A stretch of 64,000 nt of DNA from Pelomyxa schiedti. Taxonomy: Eukaryota > Protista > Evosea. The stretch is from assembly GCA_020536535.1 (NCBI GenBank), contig JAHLWZ010000854.1, forward strand, positions 1 to 64,000. The letters run 5' to 3'. This document shows, in pieces, positions 12,566-25,669 of the stretch. A program made the position numbers and the translations under genes. A model generated the notes under the pieces. That model saw nothing but the letters and a program-made list of their open reading frames with translations, was not told where the DNA came from and ran no database searches. Positions within the stretch are counted from its first letter, which is position 1, and each line of letters starts with the position of its first letter.

Positions 12566-12833
12566 ACCCTCAACCTATCTCAGTTGTGTAATATTTACCC
12601 CGGGCATACCACCCCAACGAGTTTTTCCTCCTACTCAAAACTCACACAAACACTAGCACATAGCATGCCAGTGTTACCTTTTCTTTAGAAAAAAGAAAAA
12701 AAACAAACACACCACATTTAAATTTTGAACAGGTACATCAAATTCAACCGCCCGTTCCGTTCTCCGAACTGAACGTACACGTTTAAGTACTTTCAAGAGC
12801 AATCGTCCAACAATCAAAAACTACCCGTCGCCC

Positions 12834-13740
12834 ATGGGTCGCATCGTAGCCAAGCCAACAGCAGCAGCGGCGTCCAGCACCTCCACGCCCTCCTCGTCGT
12901 CCCCGCCGCCCCCGCCGTCAGCAACCGCAGCAACAGCCACAGCCAGCCTGCGAAGCCTAGCCAAGGCCACCCCCTCGCCGCCCCCGCAGCCAACGCCCAC
13001 GCCAGGCTCCCCGACGCCACCGCCCCAGGCCGTGGTGGGGCCCCAGCACTGCCTGGTCGCGAACACGGGCAGCCAGCCCCGCAACGCGCTTGTGACGGGG
13101 TACCAGAACGACGGGGCCGGGGAGCTCGCCACCGCCATCGCGCACACCGACCAGGGCGACGTGTTCGGCAAGGCGCAGAGGAGCGCGTGCTGGTTCCCGT
13201 ACAATGGCGGCGAGCACACTACTTCGCGTTTCTCTTGGTATGCTTGTATTGGCTATTGGCCGTTGTGTTGCTGTTGTTGTTGTTGCTGTTGTTGTTGTTG
13301 CTGTTGTTGTATTGTATTGTATCATACATCTCCAATATTGATATACCCCCCTCCCTTGCCTTGGTTATTTAAGGCCACTACTCCCACTCTAACAACCAAC
13401 CGAACCCAACAATGCAATGCTGCTGTACACATACAATCAACCAAGACATAAATACTATACACAATAGCGAATATACGCGTTTCTCGCATTTGGCGCACAA
13501 CTCACTCATCCCTGAACAAGGGTGTGTGGCTCTGCGTATAAGCTTGAAAGAGCTAGTGGGAGTGCACGGCCACCTCAGGGAACTGTATCACAAAATACTA
13601 ATGGCCAGGTGATATTCGCCGCTGTGGCACACACGAGCCATGGTGATGTGCCTGCAGAGTACAGAAACGGCACATGCCTCTATCCCTATGGTGGTAGGGC
13701 TCTCGCGGCTACAGCTTTCTCATGGGTACTGTGCCTCTGA
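12834..13740 (+). CDS. DM9-repeat (DUF3421-like) lectin-type protein with a P/S/T/A-rich N-terminus; intron about 13239-13520
   Basis: Two repeats, GYQNDG...AIAHTDQGDVFGKA...CWFPYNGGE...FSW and FAAVAHTSHGDVPAE...CLYPYGGR...FSWV, resemble the DM9 consensus. Confidence 0.65.
13265..13320. repeat. Intronic (TGT/TGC)n microsatellite
   Basis: Visible trinucleotide run inside the DM9-gene intron. Confidence 0.9.
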
Positions 13741-13898
13741 TGGGGAATTCTGATTAATTTTGAAATTGTAAAGCAAAATATGAAAAATGAGAAAGCTAAT
13801 AAACCAAAAAAAAACTTTCTTTTTTCACAAGGTGTTGTAGTGCAACAAGTAGTGTTGGTGGTATAGTTGTTGGGGTTGTTGTGGTTGAGTTGCGGTTG

Positions 13899-14978
13899 TT
13901 AGGAGCAGCACTTCTTTTTCTTGGTGTCAGTTTGGGAGTTTGTAAGTGTGAGGGCGGAAATTTTGTCTTGTCTGACTGGGGGTATTTTGGGTAGTCTCTT
14001 GGCTATTTAGTGTAAGGTGTCGGAAAGGCATTTTGGTTTAAGATAAATAGAAAAAGTACGGTTCTGACCTATGGCAACAAACAGTTCATTGACATTGGCA
14101 TTGCTTTTGGCGCTAGTCTGCATTGAGAAAGAATGTTAGACAGAGGAACAAATAAAGGTGTCCTACCTCCATAAATAAAATGCCATTTTCGTCGGCATAT
14201 TGCTGGGCCACCTGTTTGAAGTTATTGAAACTAGAAAGTCGACAAAGCTCTTACAGCGGTGTCAACTTTTCGTCTCGGGGCAAGGTCAGATTTATTGCCA
14301 GCCAAGCTTATTACAATATTTGGGCTGCCTTGGCGCTGTAGTTCTTGTACCCACAACTTGGCTTTGCCAAAAGATTCCTTCAATTGTATTCAGAAACGTA
14401 ATGTGTGAAGTGTTTTGAGAAATACCGCGTTGGTGATATCACTATTTTTTTCAACATTTTATTGGTGAGTTAAATGATAAGGTATAACTGAAGGCAATGC
14501 ATACTAAACAACAATCGCCGCCTGTGCGCCACGGTAATACCTTACATCCAGCTCAACAGAAAGATGATTTGTTGAAATACATACATTGGAGCAAGTGCAT
14601 GGTATCTCTCCTGACCAGCCGTATCCTGCTTGGCCTTAGAGTGTACGGAAGCTATTTGTGGTGCTTACCCATATTTCAAATTTGACTGTAGTATCATTCA
14701 CACAAACGGTTTGTGTTAAAAATGCAGCTGTGAAATACAAAGTCACCAAAAGACAGTAAAATAAGGGGACTCTTACCTCCAATCGTACTTTCTTGGTAAT
14801 CCAGAAACTGACCTTTTACAAAACGTAACACCAAACTCTATGCGAGTACGTGAGTGTTGTTTCACGTGTGACTTCATTGTGGGAGAGGGAAAAAAGGTAC
14901 CGATTTGCCCACGGCAGATTCGCCAAGCAGAACAAGTTTAAACTGAAAAATGTTGTTTGCAACTGCTGCTTGTGCCAT
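13899..14978 (-). CDS. RAB5: Rab5-family small GTPase
   Basis: Spliced reading gives [15 protein letters not shown]|[55 protein letters not shown] and a C-terminal KKKCCS prenylation motif. Confidence 0.93.
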
Positions 14979-15334
14979 GGTCTGGTGTATTTGTTAAATT
15001 GTTTTCTTTCGGTGATGTGATGGGGTTTGGTTTTTGTTTTGCTGGTGTACCCGAGCGCGGCGCACACTTTTTTGTTTCTTTTTTCTTTCCGATTCTTGTG
15101 GATTCCGTTGGTGATCACAAGCCAACCAGATCCACACTCCGATTCTGAATCATCTCCTCCAAGAAGCACCCTATGGAGAGGATTCACAACGCTGGAGATA
15201 GTGTCGAACAGTTGTTCCCAGGGGGAGGAGGGGATTTCCCGATAAAGCTCGGTTTCCTTGTTGATTCCACATGGAAGATCACATCTTCTTCGAGGAACTG
15301 CCGGAATTTTCGAAACTGCGAAGAGAAAAAAAAG

Positions 15335-17118
15335 ATGCAGTCTGGCACGTCAACGTCGTTGCTGGCGGCAGTAGGTCTACTGTCGGTTGTGCTGTTGGCA
15401 CGGAATTGTGGGTGCGTTGGTATTCCAGACTCTGATGGATTTCCTTCCTACGACGAACGAGTGCAACTGCAATTGGCAAACAGGGCACGCTGCGACCCTC
15501 AGGTTCTATTCCCATTTCTATTTCCTTTGGAAAATTTTTCATGATTGGTAGTGGCCCAAATTAGCATTAACAAAGCTTTGTTGCCCATTTGACAGGTGGA
15601 AATGGAACAGTGTGGCAGTTCTTGTGCTGATGCTGCTTGTTATACACCAATCTTTCCACTCAAGTACAGTCACTCACTGGGACACGGAGCCAGGTTCCAT
15701 GCTGCTCATATGGAAACAAACAACTACTTCTCACATCCTTCTGCTTGTACATTGGAGCCTGACTTACCTGATATATATCCTGGATCGTGTGTTGCAGAAA
15801 AATGTAAATCCTCCAATGCTGATATCCATCCTCCCACTCTCTTCCTTGAAGTTGCACTGATGCCGCTGCTTCGTGCAGTTGCGTTGGAGGCACTCTGGCT
15901 TGCAACCCAACTTGCACCGATACATGGGGAAGGATAGCGGTAGGTACAACGATTAATTCCTGATATCAACTTGGCCCTAAGATGTTCACACCCTCTGGTG
16001 GTTCTGGAGAAATCATTGTATCAATAGCTGGCCAGGTACCAAGAAATAATTTCTTTTCCAAAATTTACTAATAGTTGATGTTAAGTACGGGTTTTATCTG
16101 TGGCTATATGAGCCCACAGGTGACAGTACCTGCCAGTTTACTATGCAGAATGGCCACAGGTGCGCCTTTGTATTAAAAGAAATCTTCCCACTGTTATAGA
16201 TGGTTACTTCTGAAATCTGGTGACGGCGTGGGATTTGGTGTTTTTGGAAATGCTGTTGGCGATTTTGGTGCCTCTGATGAATCGGAACTTTCTTGGTGAG
16301 AAACCAAACCCCAAACTTTTACTTTCTAAAGGAAAAAATAAGGATACCTTCCGGTACGCACTGGCCAAATGAAGATAATAGCTCGAAGTACTGTGGTGTT
16401 TCCTCTTAAAGAAACTTACATATTACAGTATTGAACTTTGGGCAAACTGGTATGATGCTGGGGGAAGTGAGCCTACTTTCTCGCAAGTAAACGTAGATGG
16501 AATATGCTACGATATGGAATTGCAACGTGGGGTACGCTCCAATGGAGCTTACATGGCCATTGTACCTCTTGGAGGAGATGATGATTGCCATCGATATTTC
16601 TTCTTATTTAGTGATGGAACTAACCTCACATCACCGTATGCTTTAAAAAGTATTAATAAATACAAAAACCAAATAAAAATGTAAAAAAGCATTCCTTTTA
16701 CAAGCAAAAAGGTACGTTGCACACCCAACAGAGGGATCACTCACATTTGGCAATTGTGGTGACGACTATGAAAGTTCAAGACCAGACTTTGGTGAGAACT
16801 GTATGGCAGGTGAGAGTATTTCACTTTTTATCTAGATAGGATATCTATATACCTTTATGTAAGATATGATTGATTGCGCCTTCACTCACAATCCCTGCAG
16901 AGCCAAATGGAGGTGGTGGTGGAGTGAACGTAGCTGCCGCAGTTGCAGTGCCAATAGTGCTTCTCGTTGTAATTCCTGCTGCAGTTGCTGGTGGATGGGT
17001 GGGATTCAGAAAATTGGTGGTGAAGAAGCCAATTATTCCTGACGAGATATCAGTCTCCTCGTTCAAAGAGGGATCGAAGGAGGCTGCCACTGTTGTAAAA
17101 GAGAAATTACCTTTCTGA
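15335..17118 (+). CDS. Type I membrane protein with an extracellular Cys-rich CAP/SCP domain
   Basis: Signal peptide; ERVQLQLANRAR...ARFHAAHM...YFSH...GEII...LWL...GHR CAP motifs; C-terminal TM helix VAAAVAVPIVLLVVIPAAVAGGWVGF. Confidence 0.75.
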
Positions 17119-17160
17119 AAAATTTGTTTGCCATTTTGCAGTGAGATTTTTTTTTTTTTT

Positions 17161-19497
17161 TTACAAGGCACTGCCCATCTCAGTCACATTGTCAAAGAAG
17201 AAAAAGCTGAATTCTGGTCGGTCAGAAGAGCGGTCAATGACGAGGAGCTGGCTTGTTGATGGAATCCACGACGTCAGCCTCACGTACTTGCCGGATGTCG
17301 GGAGTGAGTTTCTGTAAGTGTCATCATAAACACCAGTTGTGGTGTCAAACACCCCGTCGATCACCCTGCTGGCGTATGTGTTGCCAAAGTAGAACTTCCC
17401 ACACACAACAAATGCAAAGCCAGTCTGTGTCTTGATTCGAGGGACAGTCCACGTCTGCAAGATTGCGAGGGAGTCGGGGTCCACCCTTGTGATGTGTATG
17501 TTGCCGTTGTCTGGTGGTGCGTGGACCACATACAGCACACCCCCTGAATCAACATACCAGCAAATGTCCGTGGCTCCACCCCAGTCCCACGTTGATTTGC
17601 CAGTGTGGCCGGCGTTTGGGAGTGGTGCAGTTGCGACTGTTGACCCGTCACTCACACGCACCTTGGTCATCGTGGCTTGGGTGTATGGGGTGCAGTACAC
17701 GTGGCCGTTGTGCACGGCCTGGTATGTGCCGCCGGGGTAGTGGGGCACGTCCTTGAGTGTGAACTGCCTTGGGTTGGTGTTGCCGACGAAGCTGGCCATA
17801 TTTTCGAACTCTGTCAGTTGTTGACGGTTGAGGGCGTCGTCCCAGTACACTTTTCCAGTTCCGTTGTCAACAAACAGCCTGTGAGCATGACGCGGTGCGA
17901 TCGAGGGCACCATTGACCCCAGCTGTTTGAGTGCCTCCTTCATTGCGGTTGCTGCTTTGGGAATAAGAGTTGATGTTGAGTTGCGAACAATGCGCCCAAG
18001 TGATGAGATTGTTCCACAAACGGCAGTTGAGTCACATTCAAGTCTCACCTGTCCGATTTTGAGTCATTTTACATTTTTGTGGAAACATATACCTTGAATT
18101 CACTCTCGGCACCTGAGTCGCAAAGGTTTTTGACACGAGAAGTGAGAGTGTCATGGACAGCCACAAGTTGGAGGTCGGAGAACTTCGTTGTTGCGAGTTG
18201 TGCGTATTCTTGTGCCTCTTGTGCAGCCTTCGTTTTGTTGTCGCATCCTTCGATGTGTTCTTGGAATGTCTTGCGGGATAAGTGAGTGAAGTTTGGGAGC
18301 AGAGGATAAAAACAGCCCACTTTTTTCGCGGTTTCAGTGATTGTCTTCAGCTCCGATAGCAGCTGTGCCTCCCTGGCATTGACAACAGCAACAATCTTGG
18401 CAAATTCAGTTCGTATTTCTGACTCCACTTGTTTTGAAACTTCATCTGCGGTTTTTAAACACCCCTTTGTCGTTTGTTTAAAACGCCAATGATGGAAATG
18501 GAAGACACACAATTGCGGTGAGTTTCGAATGTGAAATCCTCTCCAGGTGCAATGACAACTTTGAACAGAGTGTGGCTACATTTTCCTTGAATTTGGAGCT
18601 CAGGTCAGAAGAAAACACGAAATCGTGGTTCTTGTGGTCAATCAATCTGATAATGGTGTTTTGATGTTTGTGTAACTGCATAAAGGGTGGTCTCAAGGAA
18701 CACACGTGCAATCACGGCAGATCAATGACTTGTCAGTGTTGCAATACAGTCGCAGTTCCTCATGTGGATGCTTGGAACAAAGTGACGGTTTGGGTGCAGT
18801 GGGTGTGACAGTTGTCTGTGCCCTGAGTTGATCCACAGTCACAACCTGCATCCATGTTAACGAATTGGTACATAACCAGGTGGGGGCGGGAGACAGAAAT
18901 AGACATTGTGAGAAGCAGTCCTCCACGCACGCGAGTGGTGAGCCTTGTCGTCGTCGCACAGGAATACGCTGCACGACGCGCACCACCACGGGGCGTCGTG
19001 CGACCTGCAGTCTCCGCACTCGCGCGGGGGCGCGGCGGCCGTGGTGCCTGGCGGCTGTGATGCGCCCCCAACAGCCGCAAGTGGAACCAGGGCTAACAGG
19101 CTGGTCTTCCATAAGTCCACAGGGAACCCGCCGCTGGGAATTGGTGCCTGTTTGGCGTTAGCACTCGTTTTTTTGCAACTGCAGCAGTGCACAGACGGAC
19201 ACCTGGGAGTGACACACAGGGCACGTCATGGTTGATGATGAGGGCGACGAAGCAGTGGAAGACGTGGAATTAGGCGTAGAGGTTCCTTGTGAACATCGAG
19301 TGATGCACTCGAAACACATACTGTGTAAACACGGCAAGAGCCTGGGGAAGAAAACAAAAAAAAAAAAAAAAAAAGGGCTTAGAACCCCTTCCTTCCCGAG
19401 TACGAGATCAATGGTCTCTGCTGACTAACCTTGGATCACGGAGGAACAAGGAGCAGCGCGGACAAGTTACTTGCGCTATCACTTCCTTCTTGTCCAT
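17161..19497 (-). CDS. TRIM-like RING-B-box-B-box-coiled-coil-olfactomedin protein, copy 2 (apparently intact)
   Basis: RING (CPRC...LLPCLHSMCFEC...CPVC), B-box1 (CGDC...CASC...C...HH), B-box2 (CSKH...C...C..C...H), coiled coil; last exon has OLF motifs LPNAG, WGG.TD, NGNIHITRVDP..L.I.QTW, AFVVCG, FDT.TG. Confidence 0.85.
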
Positions 19498-19806
19498 TTG
19501 TTCGGCGTTGACTAGGTCTACGAATGAAAAACCAAGTTGAAGGCCATAGTGCCTCCCTTACCGGTGATTTATTGGTTCCTCCACAACCTCTTTGTGCGCT
19601 CTGCACCCTTTTTTTTTGGACACCCACCTCAATCACTGGTGCCAGCGAGGATGTCATATTACATTCGCAGAAAACCCTTCCTGAGACTCAAAAAGGACTT
19701 GACAGATTCGATCCGTTCCCTGCAAACCCAAAATCAAGCGAAGTGAGGCGTCTTCAATCGAAGTGCGCACCGGGAGCGACGAACGTCGGAGGGGAGTAAG
19801 AGTGGG

Positions 19807-22705
19807 ATGAAGTTCGGCAAGCAACTCAAATTCTTGGCGAAGGAGCAGTGGAAACAGTACTACATCGACTTCTCCGCGTTGAAACAGGTTTCGTCTGCAT
19901 GGGTCGCCACCAAGGTGCTAACTGTAACCACAGATCTTGAAAGATTTGAAAAAGACCGCCGAGAAAGAAAACAGGTTCTTCTATGCCCCCCATTTTTTTT
20001 GTCAGTGAGTGCGATACCTGCGGCGTAGTAATTTCCCTTATGGCGTTTTCAACACCATCAGATGCACAACTGTTGTTAAAGAGAAGGTAGTGGAGGGTTC
20101 TGAGGAAGGACCAAAATCGGTGGAAGAGGTGAAAGCCAACATTACACCGCAAGAAGAAGAACACTTCTTGTGAGTCCTATGTTTGTATCACGCCATTTCT
20201 GCTCTCTTACGCTCCTAGGAACAATTTTGTTGAACAAATACAAAACATCGAGTCTTTTTTCAGGTTTCAACCCAGAAAACAAATAATATGAACACCACCA
20301 ACTTAAAAACCAAAAGGCAGAAATTCGATACAATCGTAGAGATGTTCAAGCAAATAGAGGGGGATGGGCAAGGAGTCCCAGGAAATCTGGCTTTATTTAA
20401 AAAGAGAGTACATGATATGCTCATCCTTGTTGAGGATTTGATTGACTTTTGTCATCTAAATTCCGTTGGTTGCACAAAAATTCTCAAGAAGGTGGGTTCT
20501 AGTTTCTCTCAAGGTTGTTCTTTCTCAAATTACATCTAGTTCACCCGGCATACGACGTTCTCTCAGCGTGATTCATACGACGACCTTGTGAAATCCCAAA
20601 CATTTGTGGCTAATGTTGTACTATGTTGGGAATTCTCCTTACTGATATGCAAGCAGATTGCTGTACTAGAAAAAGTTCGCACATCTGCTAAGAGGATTTA
20701 TGTGACAGCAATACATAAGGCAACACAGGAGTCCAACGAAAAAATTCTACAAGAACTCGAGCAATCTGTGCAAGCAGCCCATTCGTGGAAAGTAGCTTCT
20801 CCCTCACTGCGATTGTTCTCATAAATTCGTAATTAGCTGAATACTATTCTATTCCAATTCGATGAACACGTGAATAAGGCACAACTTGTATACAAGGTGT
20901 ATAATATAAAGCCACTTCCTATAGCTGTTGCCCTTATTATAGGGCTCATCCTCTATTTTATTCCAATATTTGCTGCTGACAAACAACCAGAGCAACGCTG
21001 CTTTGCCTTGCGTACTAATCGTTTCTCTTGAGAGCCTTGGTCTCACCAATTTTTTAGTTGTGGTCTCCATTATTCTGTGGGTCAGTGAGTGCTGGCCACT
21101 CTTCCTCACTGCCATTTTTATTCCTTTCCTCGTTACTATCTCATACTGTGTCTACAACGATAACAAAACGGTGATGAATCCGACACAAGCAGCTGGTTTT
21201 GCCTTGAATGCAATGTGGTCCTCCATTATCTTTCTAATGCTCGGCGGTTTTTCCATTGCTGGGGGTTTAAAAAAGTGTCTCTCTTATCTTCCTCCATCTT
21301 TTTTTGACTCCTTTTGCTAGATATGGAATTGATCAAAGAATAGCTTTTTATGTACTTAAGCAAAGACTATTTGCAACTCCAATGTATGACCTCTCTCTTT
21401 TTGAATACTGACTTCTCCAAAGGCGGTTTGTATTTGGATTGGAGGTACTTGCTCTGTTTTTGTCTATGTGGATTTCGAATGTTGCTGGGCCAGTCATATG
21501 CATGACAGGTATGCTTCATATCACTCTCACAAGCTTGTCTAATTCTTCTAAATAATAGTCAGTCTCCCTGTCATTCGTGATCTTCCTTCCAATTCAAGAT
21601 TTATCAAATTAATCCTTCTGTGCATTGCTGCTGCCGGAAACGCCGGTGGTATGACAACTCCAATGTAAATTTCGTTTCTTTTCCTTTTGCACCCTGTTGA
21701 TTTTTGTTTCCAAACAGTTCTTCGCCACAAAATGCTGTAGCTATCCAGGTTCCTTCTTACTTCCAAAACCAGAGGAATTTAAAACAAAAACAGACCGTTA
21801 ACGGATTGAACCCCCCTCAAGATATTAACTTTGCTCTCTTCTTTATTATCAGTCTCCCAACTGCTGTAATTATGACTATTTGTGGCCATTTCTTGATAAT
21901 GTTTATGTAGTAGCTCTACTTCGTCGTATTTCGCCTCGCCTAACAATTTGATGACTTAAGGTACAAGCCAGATATTAAAGAGCTTCCTCAAATTCACACT
22001 GATGTCAGTGAGCCCATCCCCATCAAGGGTTATCTAGTTTTATTGGCAGGAATCACGTCAATCATTCTGTGGTTTTGCAGTCAGTGGTTAAATCCATATG
22101 TTGGAAACATTGGAATACTTAGCATCATCCCGATTTTGTTGTTCTTTGGGACCGGACTGCTTGGGAAAGAAGAATTTGACAATTTACCATGGAATTTGAT
22201 GATTCTACTTGCTGGTGGTTCAGTGTTGGGAAAAGCTGTACAGAAGTCAGCATTACTTACACTAATTTCCGATTGGTTGCTGGACAAGGTATCTCACAAA
22301 AAAAAAAAAAACCTTTTGCTCCCTATCCACTCATTTGCCTCACAGATCGACACCAATAATGTCTATGTAATGCTTGTGATATTCAACATAATCATGATGA
22401 TAGTGGGCGGGTTTGTCTCCCACACAGTGTCAGCCCTCATTCTGCTGCCCCTGTTTGCCCAGGTTGGTGACACCTTCGGGCACGCCAAGGCCCTCGTCAT
22501 GTGCGGGGTCTGCATCTGCTGCGGAAGCATGCCGCTTCCCATATCCTCGTTCCCAAACCTCAACTCCATCAGCTTGCAGGACGAGCACGGCGACCCCTAT
22601 CTCACCACGCTGGACTTCATCAAAGTCGGCGTTCCTCTCACCCTCGTCGCCTTTGTGTGCAGTATCTCCATCAACTATGGACTGTGCTTGGCCTTCAACT
22701 ACTGA
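19807..22705 (+). CDS. SPX-domain low-affinity phosphate transporter (Pho87/Pho90/Pho91-like, SLC13/CitMHS)
   Basis: MKFGKQL...W..YYIDF..LK SPX start; LNSVG..KILKK; SSPQNA; LPW....LLAGG..LG; VSHTVSA; LPISSFPN. Confidence 0.92.
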
Positions 22706-22863
22706 TTCAATCACACCCATTCGCATCATGCATCATGCATCACACAGCACAAAACCCAAACACAAACAAAGCACAAGCCATGCAATCAACTCATCAGTCA
22801 CACAGAATCACCCCCCATTCACCGATTTCACCAACAACACCGAAACTCATCAAAAGGGAAAAA

Positions 22864-25154
22864 ATGAAACGGCGAGTTGTGTATTGGGCTGTGGTTTTAG
22901 CTCTTGTTGTTTGTAGTTGTGGGTTGGCTGATAGCTCCTCTGTGTTTGGTTATATTTCATTGAGCAGTGACTGGGCTACTCAACACCCATCAGCTTCACT
23001 ACAAGTATTTCTCCTATGGTCCCTATTTCTCAAAACAAATTTGGTGTCTCTGCAACCACGAAGGTTTCTGTGTTTGTACTAAATACCACGGATTCCGGAA
23101 ATGCCGACCCTTTGCATGACGAAGCTGTATATTACACTCCACCTTTTGCAAAGTACAGCACCGTGAAGGTGTCACAGTGCACTTATGCAAGTGGTGATTC
23201 TGCATCTGTGCAGTGCTATTATACAATTGACCTTCCGGATTCCGCTGCCAATTACAGTGTCGTGGCATTTGCAGACGAACTTGCAGATGGAGTTATGCAC
23301 ACAGAGAAGCTGGTCCCAGTAGGGTGGTGTGCAACAGAACCTTCTGGACCTTATAAGATTTTGACTGTTGGAAGCAAAAAGTATCGTTAATTCTCTTATA
23401 CTATTCTACTAAACTCCCCTTCTCTTCTAGAGTTGATTTCGAGTGCAATATTCCACTGTATTCCATTTCTGCGTGGCCTTCTGAAACTACCAGGCATGGC
23501 AATGGTGTGCTGTATTGGCAATCTGGGTTTCACGTACTTCACACGTGGGGAACTGCAGAGGTGTGGATTGCAGGTACAGCATTCCAAGGCTTATATTCCA
23601 CAGGAGCGTGGTGAAGCTTACGGATTCTTATTGGCTCGTTATATTGTAGAATTTTTCCAGTTCTACTTTTTGGAGAGAAACGTGGATGGCGTGTCCAACT
23701 ATAACAACATCGTTCTCCCATATCTTGAGTCATACATGCAAGTAGGAACCATTGCCTTCCTTGCCCTATTTTTATTTTTCGGTAGGTACCTCAGGTAATG
23801 CAAGAGATAATGGACGGCATTATCAGCGGAATGTCTGCTTCTGGGGAAGATATTAGCGTCGTATCACTCAATAGGAACTTTTCCACAATTGTACCTTAAC
23901 ACGAAATGAGAATCCCCTTGTAATATCCGCAAGGACATTTTAGCTATAAATGCCTACCTTGAAGCATCTGAAGTGGTTTCCGATCCTTGTGACAGCTTGG
24001 CAGAACATCCACCCCGAAAAATAACTCCAGCTTGTACTCAAGCGACCCTGTGGGGTCCCAGAACAACTTCTGGAGAAATTATTCATGGACGAAGTACAAC
24101 TCCCTCGCCTTACCGTTCTTGTACTTCTAAACATTGAAGACATGGATGGGGAACTGGATATTCGCAGAGTCACAATAAATCATTTGTTGATTCATGCCAC
24201 AGAACCAAGGTATCAGCAACACTGAAAAACTGCATGTGACCACTTCTTCAGTAGTGGCTATCGTACAGTTTCAGTTATGTGGCCAGGTTATGTTGGTACA
24301 CTATCAGGAGTCTCCGAGTCTGGGATATCCATCATGGAAAATGCCGCCCGGTTTTCGGCCAATTATACATGTATAAAGGGTTGGCCTGCTGCATGGATGA
24401 TCCAAGATGCACTAGAAACCTTCAATCCCTCAATCACCTCCACTGAAGCCCTGGAATGGATGGAGAGGTTAAAAGAATATGAAATTACGACTTCCTCATT
24501 TATTCTCCAGTAATTACATGGATGCCGCGGGTGGAATTTCTCCAGGTGGAAGTATCCTTGTTATTGCCACTCCATATTCTGGAACGGAGGTTTTTTAAAT
24601 TTATTCATCCTTCTAAGTTGAAGAATCAAAAGCACGCGCCATCCTATGTTCTTGAAGCAGATAGATATGGACAAGTGATGCGCACTCCAGGTCAAGTCAG
24701 TCCCTGGGATACGAATGCAATCACTGCCTCCAATCACTTTTTAGTGTATGGGGCAAACCAGCAACTCAATAAGAATTTTGGTCAGAGTGCCTCATTCTCG
24801 TCACTTTGGAGATACGAAGCCTCCAAGGTACCACGCAATCCATACCTATTTTTATCTCGATAACCGGAAACAATAGAATTTGATATCCGCATGGTCCCGC
24901 ACAGGCCAGCAAGCAGATGTGGCCTCAATGGCCCGGCTTTTGCAGACAGTAGCAGAAGGAGAAACAGAGCATTCCATTATCTGGGAACCCTCAACCAGTA
25001 AGTTCCAAACCCACAAGCCCATCAAACAACACTCACGCTCGAATTCCAAGGACAACTGAGTATCGGAATTGCCGCAATGGAACCGGTTATGTGGGACGCA
25101 CCATTCACAGACTGGACCACATTCGACTTTGACTCCTTTTTCACCCAACAGTGA
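22864..25154 (+). CDS. Secreted or lysosomal Ntn-hydrolase (peptidase C45 / acid-ceramidase-like)
   Basis: Signal peptide; ERGEAYG.LL; ACTQATLWGPRTTSGEIIHGRNMD (nucleophile Cys plus GRN.D); WPGYVGTLSG; ASNHF. Confidence 0.75.
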
Positions 25155-25669
25155 TCACAGTCATCACGCCAATCTGCCGCTGAACATTGTTCTTTCTTTT
25201 ATCTCGCTCGGAGAAAAGTGCACCCTAATTTGATTTCGGCACAACCCGCTGAAGCGCCGTGACGGAACGATGCAGGGAGCCGAGGTCGTAACAAATAATG
25301 AGGGGGGGAGCAGGGTAATGATGCCAAACGATTGGCACCACGCTGCGCCCTTATTTTGTCTTTGTTTAAAGGCATTTTTTTTTATTTTTTGAATAACTCT
25401 GTTACAGGAGGGAGGGTGTGCTGCACAGGCGAGCGGATCTAAGACTTGGACACAAGCATCAAAGCAAAGACATAATGACAATGTAGGTGTCAGTGGAACG
25501 GTGTTTTTTTTTTTTAACCGCTTTTTTTTCCCCTTGAAGCAGGGAAGTGCTCTTCCACCGCACTTACTGTGCCGACAAAACAAGTGTGTTTCAGTGCCAA
25601 CACAATCTCACTAATGATGCTAGAGTTGCTGTTGAGTTGCACTCAAACAATGCGCCTGACTCAAATGGC

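Noticed and set aside
13255-13330. Poly-Cys or poly-Leu protein tracts in ORFs 12834-13451 and 13187-13372
   Set aside because: They are translations of an intronic (TGT)n microsatellite; splicing 13239-13520 restores the second DM9 repeat
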